A DNA stretch of 64,000 nt from NCBI RefSeq assembly GCF_036321535.1, contig NC_087437.1, positions 8,184,001 to 8,248,000 on the forward strand, in the 5' to 3' direction. Position numbers and translations under genes: made by a program. The stretch's first letter is position 1. Each line of letters begins with the position of its first letter. The notes under the pieces are model-generated. The model saw only the letters and a program-made list of their open reading frames with translations, was not told the origin of the DNA and did not search any database. Positions 37,160 to 51,085 of this stretch are shown here, in pieces. Origin of the DNA: Camelus dromedarius (taxonomy: Eukaryota).

Positions 37160-37680
37160 GACCTTTATTGTTGTGTAGTTCCTGTACAATAAACTACACA
37201 TATTTCGAATGTACAATTTGATGAATTTTGGTAGATGTTTACACCCATGAAGCCACCACCACAATCAAGACAGCTAACATCTCCATCACTCCCCAAGAGA
37301 TGCAAATTTCAAACTCCCAATTTATCCCTTCCCGCCCCTGTTACCCCTTGGTAACCATAAGTTTGTTCTCTATGTTTATGAGTCTGTTTCTGTTTTGTAG
37401 ATAACTTCATTTGTGTCCTTTTTTTTAGATTTCACATGTAAGTGATATCATATGGTATCTTTCTTTCTCTTTCTGACTTACTTCACTTAGAATGACATTC
37501 TCCAGGTCCATCCATGTTGCTGCAAATGGTATTATTTTATTCTTTTTTAATGGCTGAGTAGTATTCCATTGTATAAATATACCACAGCTTCTTTATCCAG
37601 TCATCCATCAGTGGACACTTAGGTTGCTTCCATGTCTTGGCTGTTGTAAATAGTGCTGCTGTGAACATTGGGGTGCATGT
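37160..37680 (-). mobile_element. L1 3' segment: young L1 body joined to an L1MB-like terminal segment
   Basis: 37305-37680 matches the other young L1 copies in the window; 37160-37300 matches 22885-22985 instead. Confidence 0.75.
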
Positions 37681-40600
37681 AAAGACACATGTTTTTAAGC
37701 GAAAACAACAAATTCAACATTGTTAACCATTTTCAGAATGGAAGTCATTGGTTGTGGACACCCTTCTAAGATGAATGTTAATTAGGCTTTTGAAAGAAAA
37801 GATGAAGATCTGATCTTCGGGTGTGCTGTGCAGGCACGTGGGCAGGAAATCCAGGAGGTGTGCTGGCTGAGCTGGTAGAGGAGGTTTGGAATGGAGGAGA
37901 GGTGGGCTGTTGGGGTCCTGTGATGTCACAGCCACGGAATGGCCAGCCTGCATGGTTCCTTCTCCCCGGAGTCTGTCTCGGTGAGCCCTCACTGGTAAAT
38001 ATTCATGCTAAGTCCTGCTGGCACCCTCCCTTGGTTCTGGAAGATGACTTGAGTTATACAGTGTGTCCTGTAAGCCACGCAGAGCCGTGCATGGTGGGGG
38101 CTGTGGGGGGTCCCTGGAAGGCTGGCACGTGAAGCCCAGGTGCGCACCGGCACCTCTGTGTTATCGGCCCAGGGGATGGAGACATGGGACAAAGAATGCT
38201 CTGGTTCGTCTTCACACGATCTCTTCAACTGTGGGCTGAGGCCCCTATGGGCCACCTTCTCCCTAGGAGTGGCAGTGAGGGACACAGATTACTATGCAGC
38301 CTACAGTTTTTGCATGACAACTCATCCTTGAAAACTCATATTAAATATATAAGAGAAGCTTACTATTTAGTGCAGTCGTGTGGACCCTTCACTGAGAAAG
38401 CCATCGGTCCTGTGATTGACGGAGCTGGCGATGGGAGCTTCACCCGTTTTACTTGCGTGTATGTGGGCATGGGGGGGGGGGTCCTGTTATACCCCTGCCC
38501 TTTATTTATTCACCTAACATTTGTTTCCACGGGGTGCTTTAGAAGGTTTCTGCTCTGATAGCTCCTGTCCAGACTCCATATGACAATTCATCGCCAGGTT
38601 ATAGTTGAAATAGAATTGCATCCTTTATAATGTTGAATTGCTTTCTTTGCTGGCATCTGATTGCCTGTGGTGCCCCCGGCACTGCACACTTTTCTTCCCT
38701 GGGTATTGGTGTGGCTCGTTGTCAAAACCCATTCCCGTCTGTTCTCAAATGCCAGGTTCTCAGAGAAAAGCCTTCCCGACCCAGCCCCGCCCGGCCCTTT
38801 GCCCCAGTGAAAGTGACCGTCCCCCGTCGGTCTGTCATCTTCCCTGGTTTTGCTTTCTTTTACTGCAATTTATTTTCAAATTTCCTGTCAGTTTCCTTTA
38901 TGACAAGAGAAGTTCTGTGAAGCAAGGAGTTTGGTCCATTCCGTATCCCCGGTCCGCGGACCACACCTCGCACATGGTAGAGTTGAGTGAATGGGTGATT
39001 TCACATTCACAGCCTTCGTGAGGTTGGAGGAGAGGAAATTTTGTTTTAAAGACAAGGAAACTGGGCCCCAGAGAGGTTTAGCAACTTGCCCACAGCCGTG
39101 CGGACGGCAGCAGGGCGGCCCCCATCAGGGCTGGAATGGCGTCTCCTGACACTCAGCTCACGGGCACCTGATGACACATGGTGTTTGTCTGATGGCCTGG
39201 ACTTCAGCTCAAGACGGAGCAAGGAGAAGCCACACCCGCTTTTGATTCTCCTCTGAGTGGATGAGGTGAACTTCTCTGACCCCATTTCCTCTTCAGCAAA
39301 TTTAAATTCACACAAGGGGGTTGTGAGTATTGGAAGACCAGTGGGGTTATGGAGGGGGAAAAGGCCCCTCCATATATTCTAAACATCCAGATTATGTTGG
39401 TGATCTAGAAGAGAAAAAAAAAAATTCAATCGCCTGTAAAGTTCTGTTTTCTAACAAGTTTCTATTTTTTGTGGCTTTGCTGTGCACTTAAACAAAAGCT
39501 CCACTAGGCTTTATTTAATTTGTTCTTCTGTTTGTACCCTGAGGCCCAGACACGGGGCTTATTATTTTTTTAATCAGGAGACAAATGCATTTATTTTGGA
39601 AAAAAGTGTGAATAACATCTCCAGTGATCCACGTGGAAGGTACACCCCCTGACCTCAGCAGGGGCTCTTGGTCCCCTCTTCTGTGACCCCAGGGTGGGCC
39701 ACCCCCCAACTGGGGACGTCTCCATCAGTTCTACACCATCCTAAGCGGTCCCCGTGCATTGCGAGCTCTCGGCCCAGCTTCGGTGTTGTGCAGGAGATTC
39801 CAGAAGTCCAGGGGTGCAACCTGACTAATGTCCTAGTGACTGATGGCGACCGCCCCAGCCTGCCTCTGCTCTAATGAGCTAGTGTTGAAACTGGCTGGCA
39901 GGATGCCAGGGAGGCCAAGGTCAGTGTCCTCTGAAACAGCGAAGTGAGTCACATCATCTAGGACCAGCACACACTCACAGGACCACCTGACTCAGCCCAC
40001 CTCTGAGGGAAGGTGTCTGCTGGTGCTGGCTAGGTGCCTGTGCCCAGCTCTGTCCTCGGTGTGTGGCGAGTGACCAAAGGGCGTGACAGCCACCAGGAGC
40101 CCCTCATCTCGAGGGGGAGACAGACACAAAGGGAAAGAAAGATGAATGTGAATAATCAGGCACAGTTAGTCCGTGCGGAGAGAGAACCCATGCAAGTAAG
40201 TCCGTGCAAAGAGAAACCCATCCCAAGCTGGGGCGGGTGGGGCGGGGAGCGGGCCCAGCCCAGCTGGGGTGAGCAGGATGCAGTGGAGTGGAGAAGTGAG
40301 CAAGGCATGGGGTGGCTGGGAACGCGGACCCGGGCAGCACAGGACCCGCATCTGAATACGACGCGCCGCTTTCTTGCTGGGAGGCGGCGGGGACGCGGTG
40401 CCCTTCACCAGCCCCGGGTCCCGTGGCTGTGCAGTGGAGGGAGGAATGCTGCCAGCTCTCTTATTCATTCAACAAATTGTTCCTGCACGTGCCAAGCGTT
40501 GACTTAGATCTGGGGACACAGTGACAGATGGGCCCTCGCCCTGGTAGAGCTTGCTTCCCGGTAGCAGAAGCAGACAGCAGAAAGTGGTAGGTGCCACACG

Positions 40601-43600
40601 CACAGAGGATGAGGACAAAGCCACCAAGGAGGGGGTGCCTGGGGAGCTCCTTCAGGTGCAGCCTGAGAGGGTCTCTGCAGAGGGGAGGCGTCCTGGGCGA
40701 GCGTCACGACAGGAGGCCAGCTGTGAGTGGGGAGCCGGGGGGAGAAGGGCAAAGACTCTGGGTCCAGAAAGGGCCACCTGGTGGCCCCGGTGGCTAGATG
40801 GTGAGGGTGGGAGACGAGTGAGTGTAGGTGAGGTAGGAGAGGTAGATGGGGCTAGGTGAAGTGATCCCGTCTCCACTTCTGGGCAGTTCAAACAAATGCC
40901 CATCAGGACTCAGAACATTTTCGTCACCCTAGAAACTTCCCTCCTGCTCCTTGCCATTCAAATCCGCCCTGCCGTCCCCCCCACCCCCACCCCACGAGGC
41001 AACCACGGTTCTACTTTATGTCACCACGGGTTAGTTTTGATGTTCTAGAGTTTCTTATAAATGACACACAGTCTGCATGCTTCTGTTTTTTTTTTTTATT
41101 TGTAACTTTTTAATTTATTTTTTTAAAAATTGAAGTATAGTTGATTTACAGTATTAGTTTCAGGGGTACAGCATAGTGATTTAGTATTTTTGCAGACTAT
41201 ATTCCATTGTACGTTATTACAAGATAATGCCTATAATTCCCTGCACTATACTGTGAATCCTTGTTACTTATCTACTTTATACATGTAGTTTGTATCTGTT
41301 AATCCCATACCCCTAGTTTGCCCCTCCCCCTTCCCTCTCCACTTTTTTTAATCCACTTTTTTTTTTTTACTGAAGTGTAGTTGATTTACACTGTTGTGTT
41401 AATTTCTGGTGCACAGCGTAGTGATTCATTTATACGAGTGTGTGTATATATATTTATGTATTCCTTTTCATTATAGGTTATTACAAAGTATTGAATACAG
41501 TTCCCTGTACTGTATGGTAGGACCTTGTTGTTTATCTATTTTATATATAGTAGTGTGTATCCGCAAACCCCAAACCTTCTTCCCTTTGGTAACCACAAGT
41601 TTGTTTCCTACGTCTGTGCACACTGTTCTTTTTTCACTCATCTTGGTAATTTTGGGATCCATCCACGGCGTTGCATGCATCAGAAGTTTATTTCTTTTTA
41701 TTACCGAGAAATACTCTGCTGTATGGCTGAACCACATTTTGTTTACCTGTCTACTTGTTGATGGGTACCTGGGCTGTTTCCAGTCGATTCAGAGAAGATC
41801 TGTATTTTCAAGCACCCCTTCTGGCTGCTCTGAGAGGAATAAAGTGGACAAGAAGAGGACCAGCTGAAGTGATTGCCGTGTAGATACGAGCGGATGGTGG
41901 CTTGGAGGAGGGTGTGTCAGGGGAGGGGGTGAGGAAGAGAGAGTATGACGAGTGCAGAGGCAGCGGGATTTGATTTTATTGCTGAGTTGGTGATTCCGGC
42001 ATGTGAACAAAAGACACACGTGAACGTAATGTCTGGGTTGCTGGCCTGAGCAGCTGAAAGGATGGTCATTCCATTTACCAGGAGGGGCGGGACCCAGGGA
42101 GGAGCACACTGGGGTGGGTGGGAATCCCAAGTTCTTTTACAGATGTGTTAAATTAGGTACGTCTCTTAGTGGTCAGGTGCTGTCTTGATGATAAAGTGAG
42201 ATAATCCATTTAGCAGTTGGGTAGGGAATCTGGAACATTCTACATGCTCGGTAAATGGTAGCAACCATTACACTTAAAAGCTGTGCTAAGCCATCATCGT
42301 TGGTCTTAAGAAAGAGACCAGCCAAACTGAAGAAGAAGGAAAAACGAGGAAATGATCATAGCAGGAAGTGGAATCGATCCACTGGGTGAAGAAGAAAACA
42401 GTTGTAGAAGGTCTTGAACTTCGGGTCGAAAACTTGGAACTGAATCCCACTTACTGACAGCGAGTCTCTGCGCTTCAGGAAGGAGGAGACACGCGGTGTC
42501 TCGGAGCGAGGAGTGTTAGGTTTTGGGCTTGAGTGCTTGCTCCTTGGCAGCTGGGTGAATGCGGACAAGCCACAGCCCTTCCCTGAGCGCTGAATCACGG
42601 GTCCTCTGGGTTATCGGGTGGGGAGACAGGGCGATGCAGGCGAACACTGCCTCAGGAAGTAGCCGGCAGAAATGTTTGACGGTGTTAAGCGGCAGTTCAG
42701 GGTCCAGCCCTGTGTGCGGTGGGTGTTACATGGAGGGTGGGGGTGGGAATGTATCAAAGGGGTGGGCTTCTAACTGGCTATTAAGGGCCTGGCCGAGGGC
42801 CTGGGCAGTGGGAAAGCAGAAGGTATGAATCTGGGAGAGACTTCGCAAGGAGAATCACATGGCCTCGGGTGAGGGCATCAAAGGCAGATGGATGGATTGC
42901 GTTCGGGAGCTGGGGGACGGCTAACTAGCGCCGAGGTGACGAACAGGGCAGTTGAGAGGGGGTGTTCACCTTAATGTGAAACCTCCCGGGCTGAGATGCC
43001 CGGTGCAGACACTTGGAAACGTGGGCTGGACCTTCTGCTCTGCAGGTGGGGCTTGTTCCTTGGATCTGGGTGTCATCAGCCCAGATAATGACTGAGACCG
43101 GGAGCTTCCGAGGAAGCGGCTTATTTTGCTCATCCTGGTGGGGCCAAGACGGCAGGCGGAGGAGTGAGAGATTCCGTCGTCACCGGGTGGCCCGGCTGCT
43201 GGGGGCCAGCCAGCCAGCGTGAGGAATCTCTGCTGTGCTGGAGGCTGGGCCGAGGCTTTGGCAAGTTCACCAGTTTGGGGAGGGGGGGAGGTGTATGAAA
43301 AAATTCCAGGAATTGTCAGGGCTCCAGGGTTCTGGGCACCAGTTTCTTGCCTCTGGCGTCTCTCAGGACCTCTCGAGGCCCTTCCAGGGGTGATGCATGT
43401 TTGGGTTTGGGCCTGGAGAGGTGACTCAGACGTAATGACGGGTCTGGCCCAGCCCTGGGTCATTTGGTGGTGCTGGAGTCATTCTGGCACCTTCTGAGGT
43501 AATGCCTGAGGGACCTGGGCCTTGGGGTCAGCCAAACCTGATTATTAAGCGTGAAGAGCACAGTTCCTTATTCAAACCCAGCTCAGGCCCGGGGACGTCT

Positions 43601-44634
43601 TGCAGACCCGGGTGCCTCCTGCCCAGGGCTTTCTGTTGGTGTGGTGTTGGGGCGAGTCCTGGAGGGCCCGGGAGAGCCTTGTTTGAACCGGGTGTTTGCA
43701 CCTGGTTGTCTCGCTCTGGGTCGCCCCTCATGGCGTGATTTCTGTTCCCCTGCACCCTCGACACTCTCTTCAGCATTTGATTTTGTGGTTCCTTGTGGCT
43801 TTCCCCACCAAAATGGCACTCTTAATTAAGGTCTTCAGAGCTGCTCCTGCTACTGAATTACCTCACCGGTTATCCATTCTCCGCTTCCAACCCAGTTTCC
43901 CTCTCGGCTCCAGGAGGATTTGGTCTCCTGAGGGAGGAATCCCCACTCCCACTTAATTCGTTTCACTGGTGCCCAAAATTCCCCAGTTCAAAACTCCCAG
44001 TGTCCGGTCAGAGCCCCATGGTGTCCGCTGGCCTTCCGTGGGCACCTGTGGAGCCAGGAGGATGGCCACACGGTGAAGAGAGCAAAATGGTTCATGTCCC
44101 AGAAAGGATTATTTTTTTCCTTCAGATCGTTGCGGCTCTGAGTGAGGTCCTCACCTGGGGACTTGTTAGAAATGCAGACTCTCAGGCCCCACCCCGGACC
44201 CACTGATTCTGAATCTGCACTTTAACAGGCTTTCCTCGGTCGTTCGGGAGCAGGTTAAAGTTGGAGCAGCGCTGCTCTGGTTCCTGGGAGCTTTACCCAG
44301 ACTGCTTCCAAAGGGTTCACTGTCAGAGAGGAAATTTATAAGGACCACGGCTCAAAACAGCGGACTCCAGGTGTGGCTGCTGTTTGAAAATAGGATTAAA
44401 AGAATTTTTTTTTTCCAGAGTGACACAGGCATGCAGTTAAGAGCCAAATTCAGACAGCCCACAGTGGTAGCAAATAAGCTCTCACTCCTATCCCCTCCAC
44501 CCCCTGTTTCACTCCTCCCTCCCCGGTAATCATTTCCAGAAAATTTTCATCCACCCCGAGGCTGCATCTTGGATTCTATACTAGAATTCAAACAGAGAGG
44601 GGGACTAGATTCACTACAAAAATCCATTTTCTTT

Positions 44635-44775
44635 TTTAAAAATTTATTTTCATTTTTCATTGTTTTTAGGGGGAGGTAATTAGGTTTATTTTTATTTATT
44701 TATTTAATGGAGGTACTGGGGATGGAACCTTGTGTGTGCTAAGCAGGCGCTCTCCCACTGAGCTATGCCCTCCCC
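44635..44775 (-). mobile_element. tRNA-derived SINE, long form (extra AAACCTAATTACCTCCCC tail segment)
   Basis: gggggaggtaattaggtttatt...ggaggtactgggga...ccactgagctatgccctcccc. Confidence 0.88.
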
Positions 44776-45264
44776 TCCTCACCTGCCAAAAAAACCCATT
44801 TTTGATTCCCATTAGGCTTGAGTGGATTTGGGAGCCAGCCAGGCAGCTGCGTGTGAGCAGGTCAAGGTGTGAGTGAGGTTCCCCGAAAGGAGCACCAGCA
44901 GCACGGCTTTATTATTAGCAAGTTTTAATTGTTTCAAGCTCTCCACTAATTTTAAAAACAGGGCGACCCACTTAATGACCGACTTAGTTCTGTCACTTGC
45001 TGTTTCCCCTTTGCTGGGACAGATTCCGACAGTGGGGGTGCGGCCACCCAGGTGCTGCCACTTCTGTCGCTTTCTTGGGTCAGAAGGGGCAGAGATGGCG
45101 ACACCCACGTGCTAGTCTTCCATTAGTTGTGATATAGCTTATTAAGCCTCTTTAATTTGTACTTGAGAAAATAAGCCTCCATTCTGGCACGTGCTGTGGG
45201 GAGACTTCGCAGAAGTTCCCTATTTGAAGTGATAATTTGCTGGCAAGGTCTTGCCCTTTTCAGA

Positions 45265-46650
45265 AACAATTTTATTGAGCTGTAATGTGCGTGCTGTAAA
45301 TTCCTCTGGTTGTAAGTGTGCGATTCAGTGATTTTTAGGAAGCTGAGTTGTACGGTCATCACCAAGAACCCAATTTTAGGAGGCTTTTCATCACCCCAAA
45401 AGGGTCCTCATGTCTGTTTGTACTCAACCCTGTTTCACCCCCTGCCCCAGACCACGAATCTACTTTCTACGTCTATGAACTTGCCTTTTCTGGACATTTT
45501 TATAAAGAGATTATGCAATATGTGGTCTTTTATGACTAGCTTCTTACGCTTAATGATTTTGAGGTTCATCCACTTGGTAGCTTGTATCAGCATTTCGTTC
45601 TTTTTTTTTTGCTGCCGAATAATATTCCAATCTATGGAAATGCCCCATTTTGTTTATGAATTCACCAGTTGATGGCCTTTTGGGTTCCTTCCACTTTTTG
45701 GCTACTATGAATAATGTTATGGTGGATATGTGCGTGCAAGTCTTTGTGAGATTTATGTTTTCATTTCTGTCAGGTAGATGCCTGGGAGTGGGTTTGTTGG
45801 GTCAGGTGGTAAACTGACGCTTAACTTTGAAAAAAATTATTATTGTTTTGAGTGGTAGAATACGCATCACATGAAATGTATTATCTTAACCATCTTTCAG
45901 TGTGCAGGTCAGCGACACTGAGAAATTCATGTTTCGTGCAGCCATCACCGTGGTCTGCGGTCCTCTTTTCATTCTGCAAAACTGAAGCTCTACACCACGC
46001 ACTGGATGACAACACTGCGTTCCTCCGTGCACTCAGCCCCTGCCAAACCTCTGTTCTTCTTTCTGTCTCTAAGATTTGGCTACTTTCCACTCTGTTGATT
46101 GTGTTTGTTGACGCACAGAAGTTTTAAATATTGCTGAAGTCCACTTTATGCATTTTTTATTGTGGTTGCCTACGCTTTTGGTGTTCTACCCAGGAAATCA
46201 TTGCCAAATCGAACGCCGTGAAGTTTCCCCCTACGTTTTCTTCTCAGAGTTTCGTAGTTTCAGGTTTTATGTTTAGGTCTTTGATCCAGTCGAAGTCAGT
46301 TTTTCTGTATGGTATGAGGTAAGGCTCCAACAGTTTCATTCAGCTGCATGTGAACATCCAGTTTTTCTAGCATTGTTTGTCGAAAGACTGCCTTTTCCCA
46401 CTGGATGGTCTTGGCACCCCTGTTGAGAATCACTAGACCATATACGTGAGGCTTTATTTTTAGATTGTCTCTTGGTCTCTATTTAACTTCTTAAGAAACT
46501 GCCAAGCCATTTTCCAAAGTGAGTGCACTGTTTTACAGTCCCCTCCAACGGTATGTGCAGATTCCTGTTTCTTCATATCCTTGGCAGTGTTTATTATCTG
46601 CCCTTTTGATTACCGCCATCTGCGTGGGTGTGAAGTTATATCTCATTACG
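45265..46650 (-). mobile_element. Cluster of old L1M fragments
   Basis: Antisense L1 3' UTR/ORF2 text (ggaaatcattgccaaatc; tttaggtctttgatccag; catccagtttttctagcattgtttgtcgaaagact). Confidence 0.8.
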
Positions 46651-47325
46651 GTGTTAGATCCTGACCTTTAAACATTCTGCCTTTGTCCGGCCTGGAACAG
46701 AGAGGTGGTAAAACAGAGTGAGCCCCCTCCTCCACAGCCACAGGACCAGCTACCTGCCTGAACACACTCAGTGCTCCTGGAGGTAGACGGAATAAGCTCA
46801 GGCAAATGTCTGAACGTCTGGGAGCCTCAGTTTTCTGTGCTGAATAATGGGCGTAATCCCTTTCGCATACAGGGGGAGCTTGGAACATGTATACAAGCGC
46901 CTTTTTTGTTTTTGATGGTTAACGAGTGTTGGATTCACAGTTTTACTCCATACATTTCCCATCAGGGTTGTTTTTTTTGTTTGTTTGTTTGTTTTTTTGC
47001 CCTGGGGCATCCCTGTCACTGATTTAAGTTTTCCAGCCAATGTGACTTTCCAGCATTTTAAGCCCGACCGAATCCTGCTGGACAGCTTGGCTGTCTGTCT
47101 CCTGCTCCACTGAATGTCACCCAGATATCTTCACACCCATCTCACTTGTCAACACCGTGCGACCTGGGGGCACCCTGCTCCCCAGGCTGCCTGTCAGGTG
47201 GGTCACCATCCCTTGTTGATCCAGTTTTGCTTCCTTCTCATCCTCCATCCCGGCTTCTGTGGACTCTCACAAAATCTGATGTGTTCTCTTGACCTCTTAC
47301 CCTGGATCCTATTGGGGCAAAACTA

Positions 47326-47392
47326 TTTTTTTTTTTTTTTAATTTTAGGGAGGAGGTAATTAGGTTTATTTATTTTTGGAGGAAGGGCTGGG
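47326..47392 (-). mobile_element. 5'-truncated long-form SINE
   Basis: Poly-T plus gggaggaggtaattaggtttatt; CAAAACTATTTTT repeated on both flanks. Confidence 0.75.
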
Positions 47393-48167
47393 GAGGGACA
47401 AAACTATTTTTATCCCAGGCCTGTTGAAACCAGAAGGTGGCCTTTTCTCTGTGGGCTCCCGCGAGGTGACCTCACCCTGCCCTAGGGGGCCGGCTGCTGT
47501 GGTAATTGGCCTGGCAGCGAGCTCCCTAAGAGGTTGTCCTTTAGCTGATACTTTGTTGAGGCTGCAAGCCAGCCCCCTTGGGATTTCCCTGAGATAGCAG
47601 CCGTCTTGTCTAACTAAGGAGAGACATGGGCAAGGTGTCTGGAAAGGAGACCTCTTATCTCAAAGAGCAGTAACTGGGCCTGAACATCTGGAAGGCCCAG
47701 GCAGAGGGCGGGGTGGGGGGGGGAGTGGCAGCTCGGGACACTTGCCAGAAAATGCTTTGCTGGCCATCGAGGATAGCATTCGAGGGTTTTTTGAAAGGAC
47801 TCAATGTGTCCTATTTAGTGAATCGGGCAGTACGTCCCATGCATATTAAAAATGTTGTGCACTTAAGTTTCCAAGTATCCCCCGATATTTGTACACACGT
47901 AGGAAGCACTTGTCATATTCTACCAGAATGAAAAGTCCTGAAACAAGTGAGCAAAAGTCAGGAGGCTTCCAGATCTTTCAATGGGGTATTGCTTTAATCA
48001 GTTAGAACCACTTAAGAAATATTGGGACTGTTCTGTGCCTAAGCTGTTAGGGTCCACAGTGAAGTCGTGGGTGTTAGGGGTGGATTCCCTTCAAAGTCTA
48101 GGGCAGCAATGTCCAACAGAAATAGAATGTGAACCCCCACATGTGACTTCCATTTCCTAATAGCCAC

Positions 48168-48612
48168 ATGTGTAAACTTCCTGGGGATGCTGTGAACAAA
48201 TGGTCACACACAGGGTGGGTCCAGTGACAGGAAGTTCCTTTAGTTCTGTTTTGGAGGCCAGAGATCTGAAATCAAGGTGTCAGCAGAGCCATGCTCCCTC
48301 TGAAGGCTCTGTAAAGAATCCTTCCTTGCCTCTTCGTAGCATCCGGTGGCTCCTGGCATCCTTGGCGCCCCTGGTCTTGTTGATGCTCCGTATCTCCGCA
48401 TACGTCTCCCTGTGTCATCTTCCGTGTGTCTGTCACTCCACATTCCCTCTCTCCTTTCTCTTACAGAAATACCTGTTACTGGTTTTAGGGCCCAGGCTAA
48501 ACCAGGATAATTTCATTTCAAGATCCTGAAGTAGTCAGAGCTGTTTCCAAATAAGGCCCCACTGTGACGTTCCAGATGGGCATAAACTTTGGGGGACACT
48601 GCTCAGCCCACC
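48168..48612 (-). mobile_element. MaLR solo LTR (MLT1-type) nested in a MER33-like element
   Basis: ggaggccagagatctgaaatcaaggtgtcagcagagccatgctccctctgaaggctct..; tttccaaataagg; ttgggggacactgctcagccca. Confidence 0.82.
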
Positions 48613-48827
48613 GCGCTACACTAAACAAAATGAGAAAGACCAACAGCTAAATTTCTTCAGTTTAAATGTTCTAGTTAACCTCATATCCTAAAATATGATT
48701 ATAGCATGTAATCGATATAAAATAATTCTTAATGAGATACATACATATTTTTTGATGGTTAGCTTTTTCTAGCAATAAATTTTTTTATGATTGTCTTTTT
48801 TATTGAAGTGTAGTTTTTTTATAATTA

Positions 48828-48934
48828 GTTTTTTTTTTTTTAATTTCTTTACTTTAATGGAGGCACTGGGGATTGAACCCAGGACCCCATGCATGCTAAG
48901 CACACGCTCTACCACTGAGCTCTACCCTACCCCC
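48828..48934 (-). mobile_element. tRNA-derived SINE nested in an L1 3' end (about 48795-49167)
   Basis: ggaggcactggggattgaacccagg...ctctaccactgagctctaccct, with L1 3' UTR sequence on both sides. Confidence 0.88.
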
Positions 48935-50359
48935 TACTGAAGTATTTAGTATCTGCTAATCCCAAACTCCCAATTTATCTCTCCCCCCCACCTCTTTGCC
49001 CTTTGGTAGCCATAGTTTGTTTTCTGTGTCTGTGAGTCTGTTTCTGGTTTGTAAATAAGATCATTTATATCCTTTTTTTTTTTGGATTCCACATAAAAGT
49101 GATACCATTTGATATTTGTCTTTTTTGTCTGACTGACTTCACTTAATATGATCATCTCCAGATCCATCAGTTAATGAGATATTTTAACCTTTTTTTCCCC
49201 TTGGCACTAAGTCTTTGAAATTCAGCACACTTATGGCGCATCTCAGCCTGGACCCGCCGAAGGGCTGGGCAGCCCCCGCGGCTGACCTCCGCGTCCTGGC
49301 CCGCGCAGCCGGGGCGCTGTGCGGCGGGCTTCAGCGCTTCACCTTCTGTTTTCACCCTCTCCCCTTTCTTCTCTCCCTCCCTTCATCCTCCTCTTAGTTT
49401 CCATGGAATTTTCTGTTTATTTGGAAGAAGTCTCGGTCAGTTCTGAACAAAAGAAATACAAGCCTACTTTGTAGAAGCTCCTGGGTTCCCAGGACTCAGT
49501 GGGAGAGGCAGAGTTAGCCAGTTTCGAAAGAAAAGTCCTGTGCTCAGTTCCATTTTTAAGCATCAGGGTTTATCGGTGTACAGTTTATTAAGCGTTTCTG
49601 TCACAAGTGGCTTAAATGCGTGTGGCTAATATTTGGGACACAGCATTTTTTATTGAGCAGGGGGCATAAGGGACTGTTATTACTCATCTCCCTGCCGGGA
49701 GGTTTGTGACCCATCCATCTCTCAGCCCCCTGGGAACACGGCATTATGCTCCCATGTTAAGACAAGAAGAGGCATAAATTTTTCTTTCGGCCAATTGCTC
49801 TAAGCCCGTTGCGATAATGGAGGCAGGATTTATATCTCTCAAAATCAGTATTGTCTTCTCCAAGAATTGCAGGCTTGTTCTTTTTTGGCTTGGACTTCGG
49901 TGAGGGGAGGAGGCTGGTTTATAAGCAGCCCCACAGGGGACCAGTTTTGGCTCCTTGAGTTCTTAAGTGTGGTTTGTGATAAGGATGTGGTTTCCACCCT
50001 CCCTCCCCCAGCTGATGCGTGCTGAGCCTCTGTTACTGTCGTTGGAATTTCTCTGGAACTATGTTTTCCCCAGTGAGGAATCAGCATTAGAGAGAATTAG
50101 CAAGCAACCCATGAATATGAGTACCAGAGAGGAAAACAAAGTTCAGAGTGAATGTCCCTTCCCTTCCCCAACTTTTGCACCGCCCTCCCATAAATGTATA
50201 TCTATCTTGTTCCTCTGTACACCCACATTCATGTATATTTAAATTGATTATTCATTTATTTAAAAAAAATACATTCAATGATGCTAGGTATTATTCTATG
50301 GTTTGCCTTTTCTTCTATTCACCAGGACCTAGAGAGTTTCTGTGTCAGCACAGATAGTT

Positions 50360-51085
50360 GAGATTTGCAAAATACTAACTACTATATATAAAATAGATTT
50401 TAAAAAACCCCGGATTTCTTTTGTATAGCACAGGGAACTATAGTAAATATCTTGCAACTTATAATGAAAAAGAATATGGAAACAAATATATGTATGTATC
50501 TGCACGACTGGGACATTGTGCTGTACACCAGAAATGGATGCATTGTAACAGACTGTACTTCAATTAAAAAAAAAAGAGTGAAAAAAACCTCTTTTTTTTT
50601 TAATTGAAGTGTAATTGATGTACAGTGTTATGTAAGTTACAGGTGTACAATATAGTGATTCACAATTTTTCACGTTATACTCTGTTTATAGTTATTGTAA
50701 AATATTGCCTGTATTGCTTGCACAATACATCCTTGTAGCTTATTTTATACCTAATAGTTTGTATCTCTTAATCCCCTACCCCTCTGTTGCCGCTCCCTGC
50801 TGGTAACCACTAGTTTGTTCTCTAAATCCTTGAGTCTGCTGCTTTTTATTATATTCACTAGTTTGTCATTCTTTTTTAGATTCCACATGTAAGTGATACC
50901 ATACAGTACTTGTCTTTCTCTGCTTGACTTATTTGACTTAGCATAATAATCCATTCATGTTGCTGCAAATGGCAAAATTTCATTTTTTATGGCTGAGTGA
51001 TATTCCATTGTCCTTATATACCACATCTTTATCCGTTTATCTGTTGACAGGCACTTAGGTTGCTTCCATATCTTGGCTATTGTAA
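50360..51085. mobile_element. Two tail-to-tail L1 3' ends (plus 50360-50576; minus 50592-51085)
   Basis: ...ctgtacttcaattAAAA followed by TTTTaattgaagtgtaattgatgtac..., each with an L1 3' UTR body. Confidence 0.8.
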
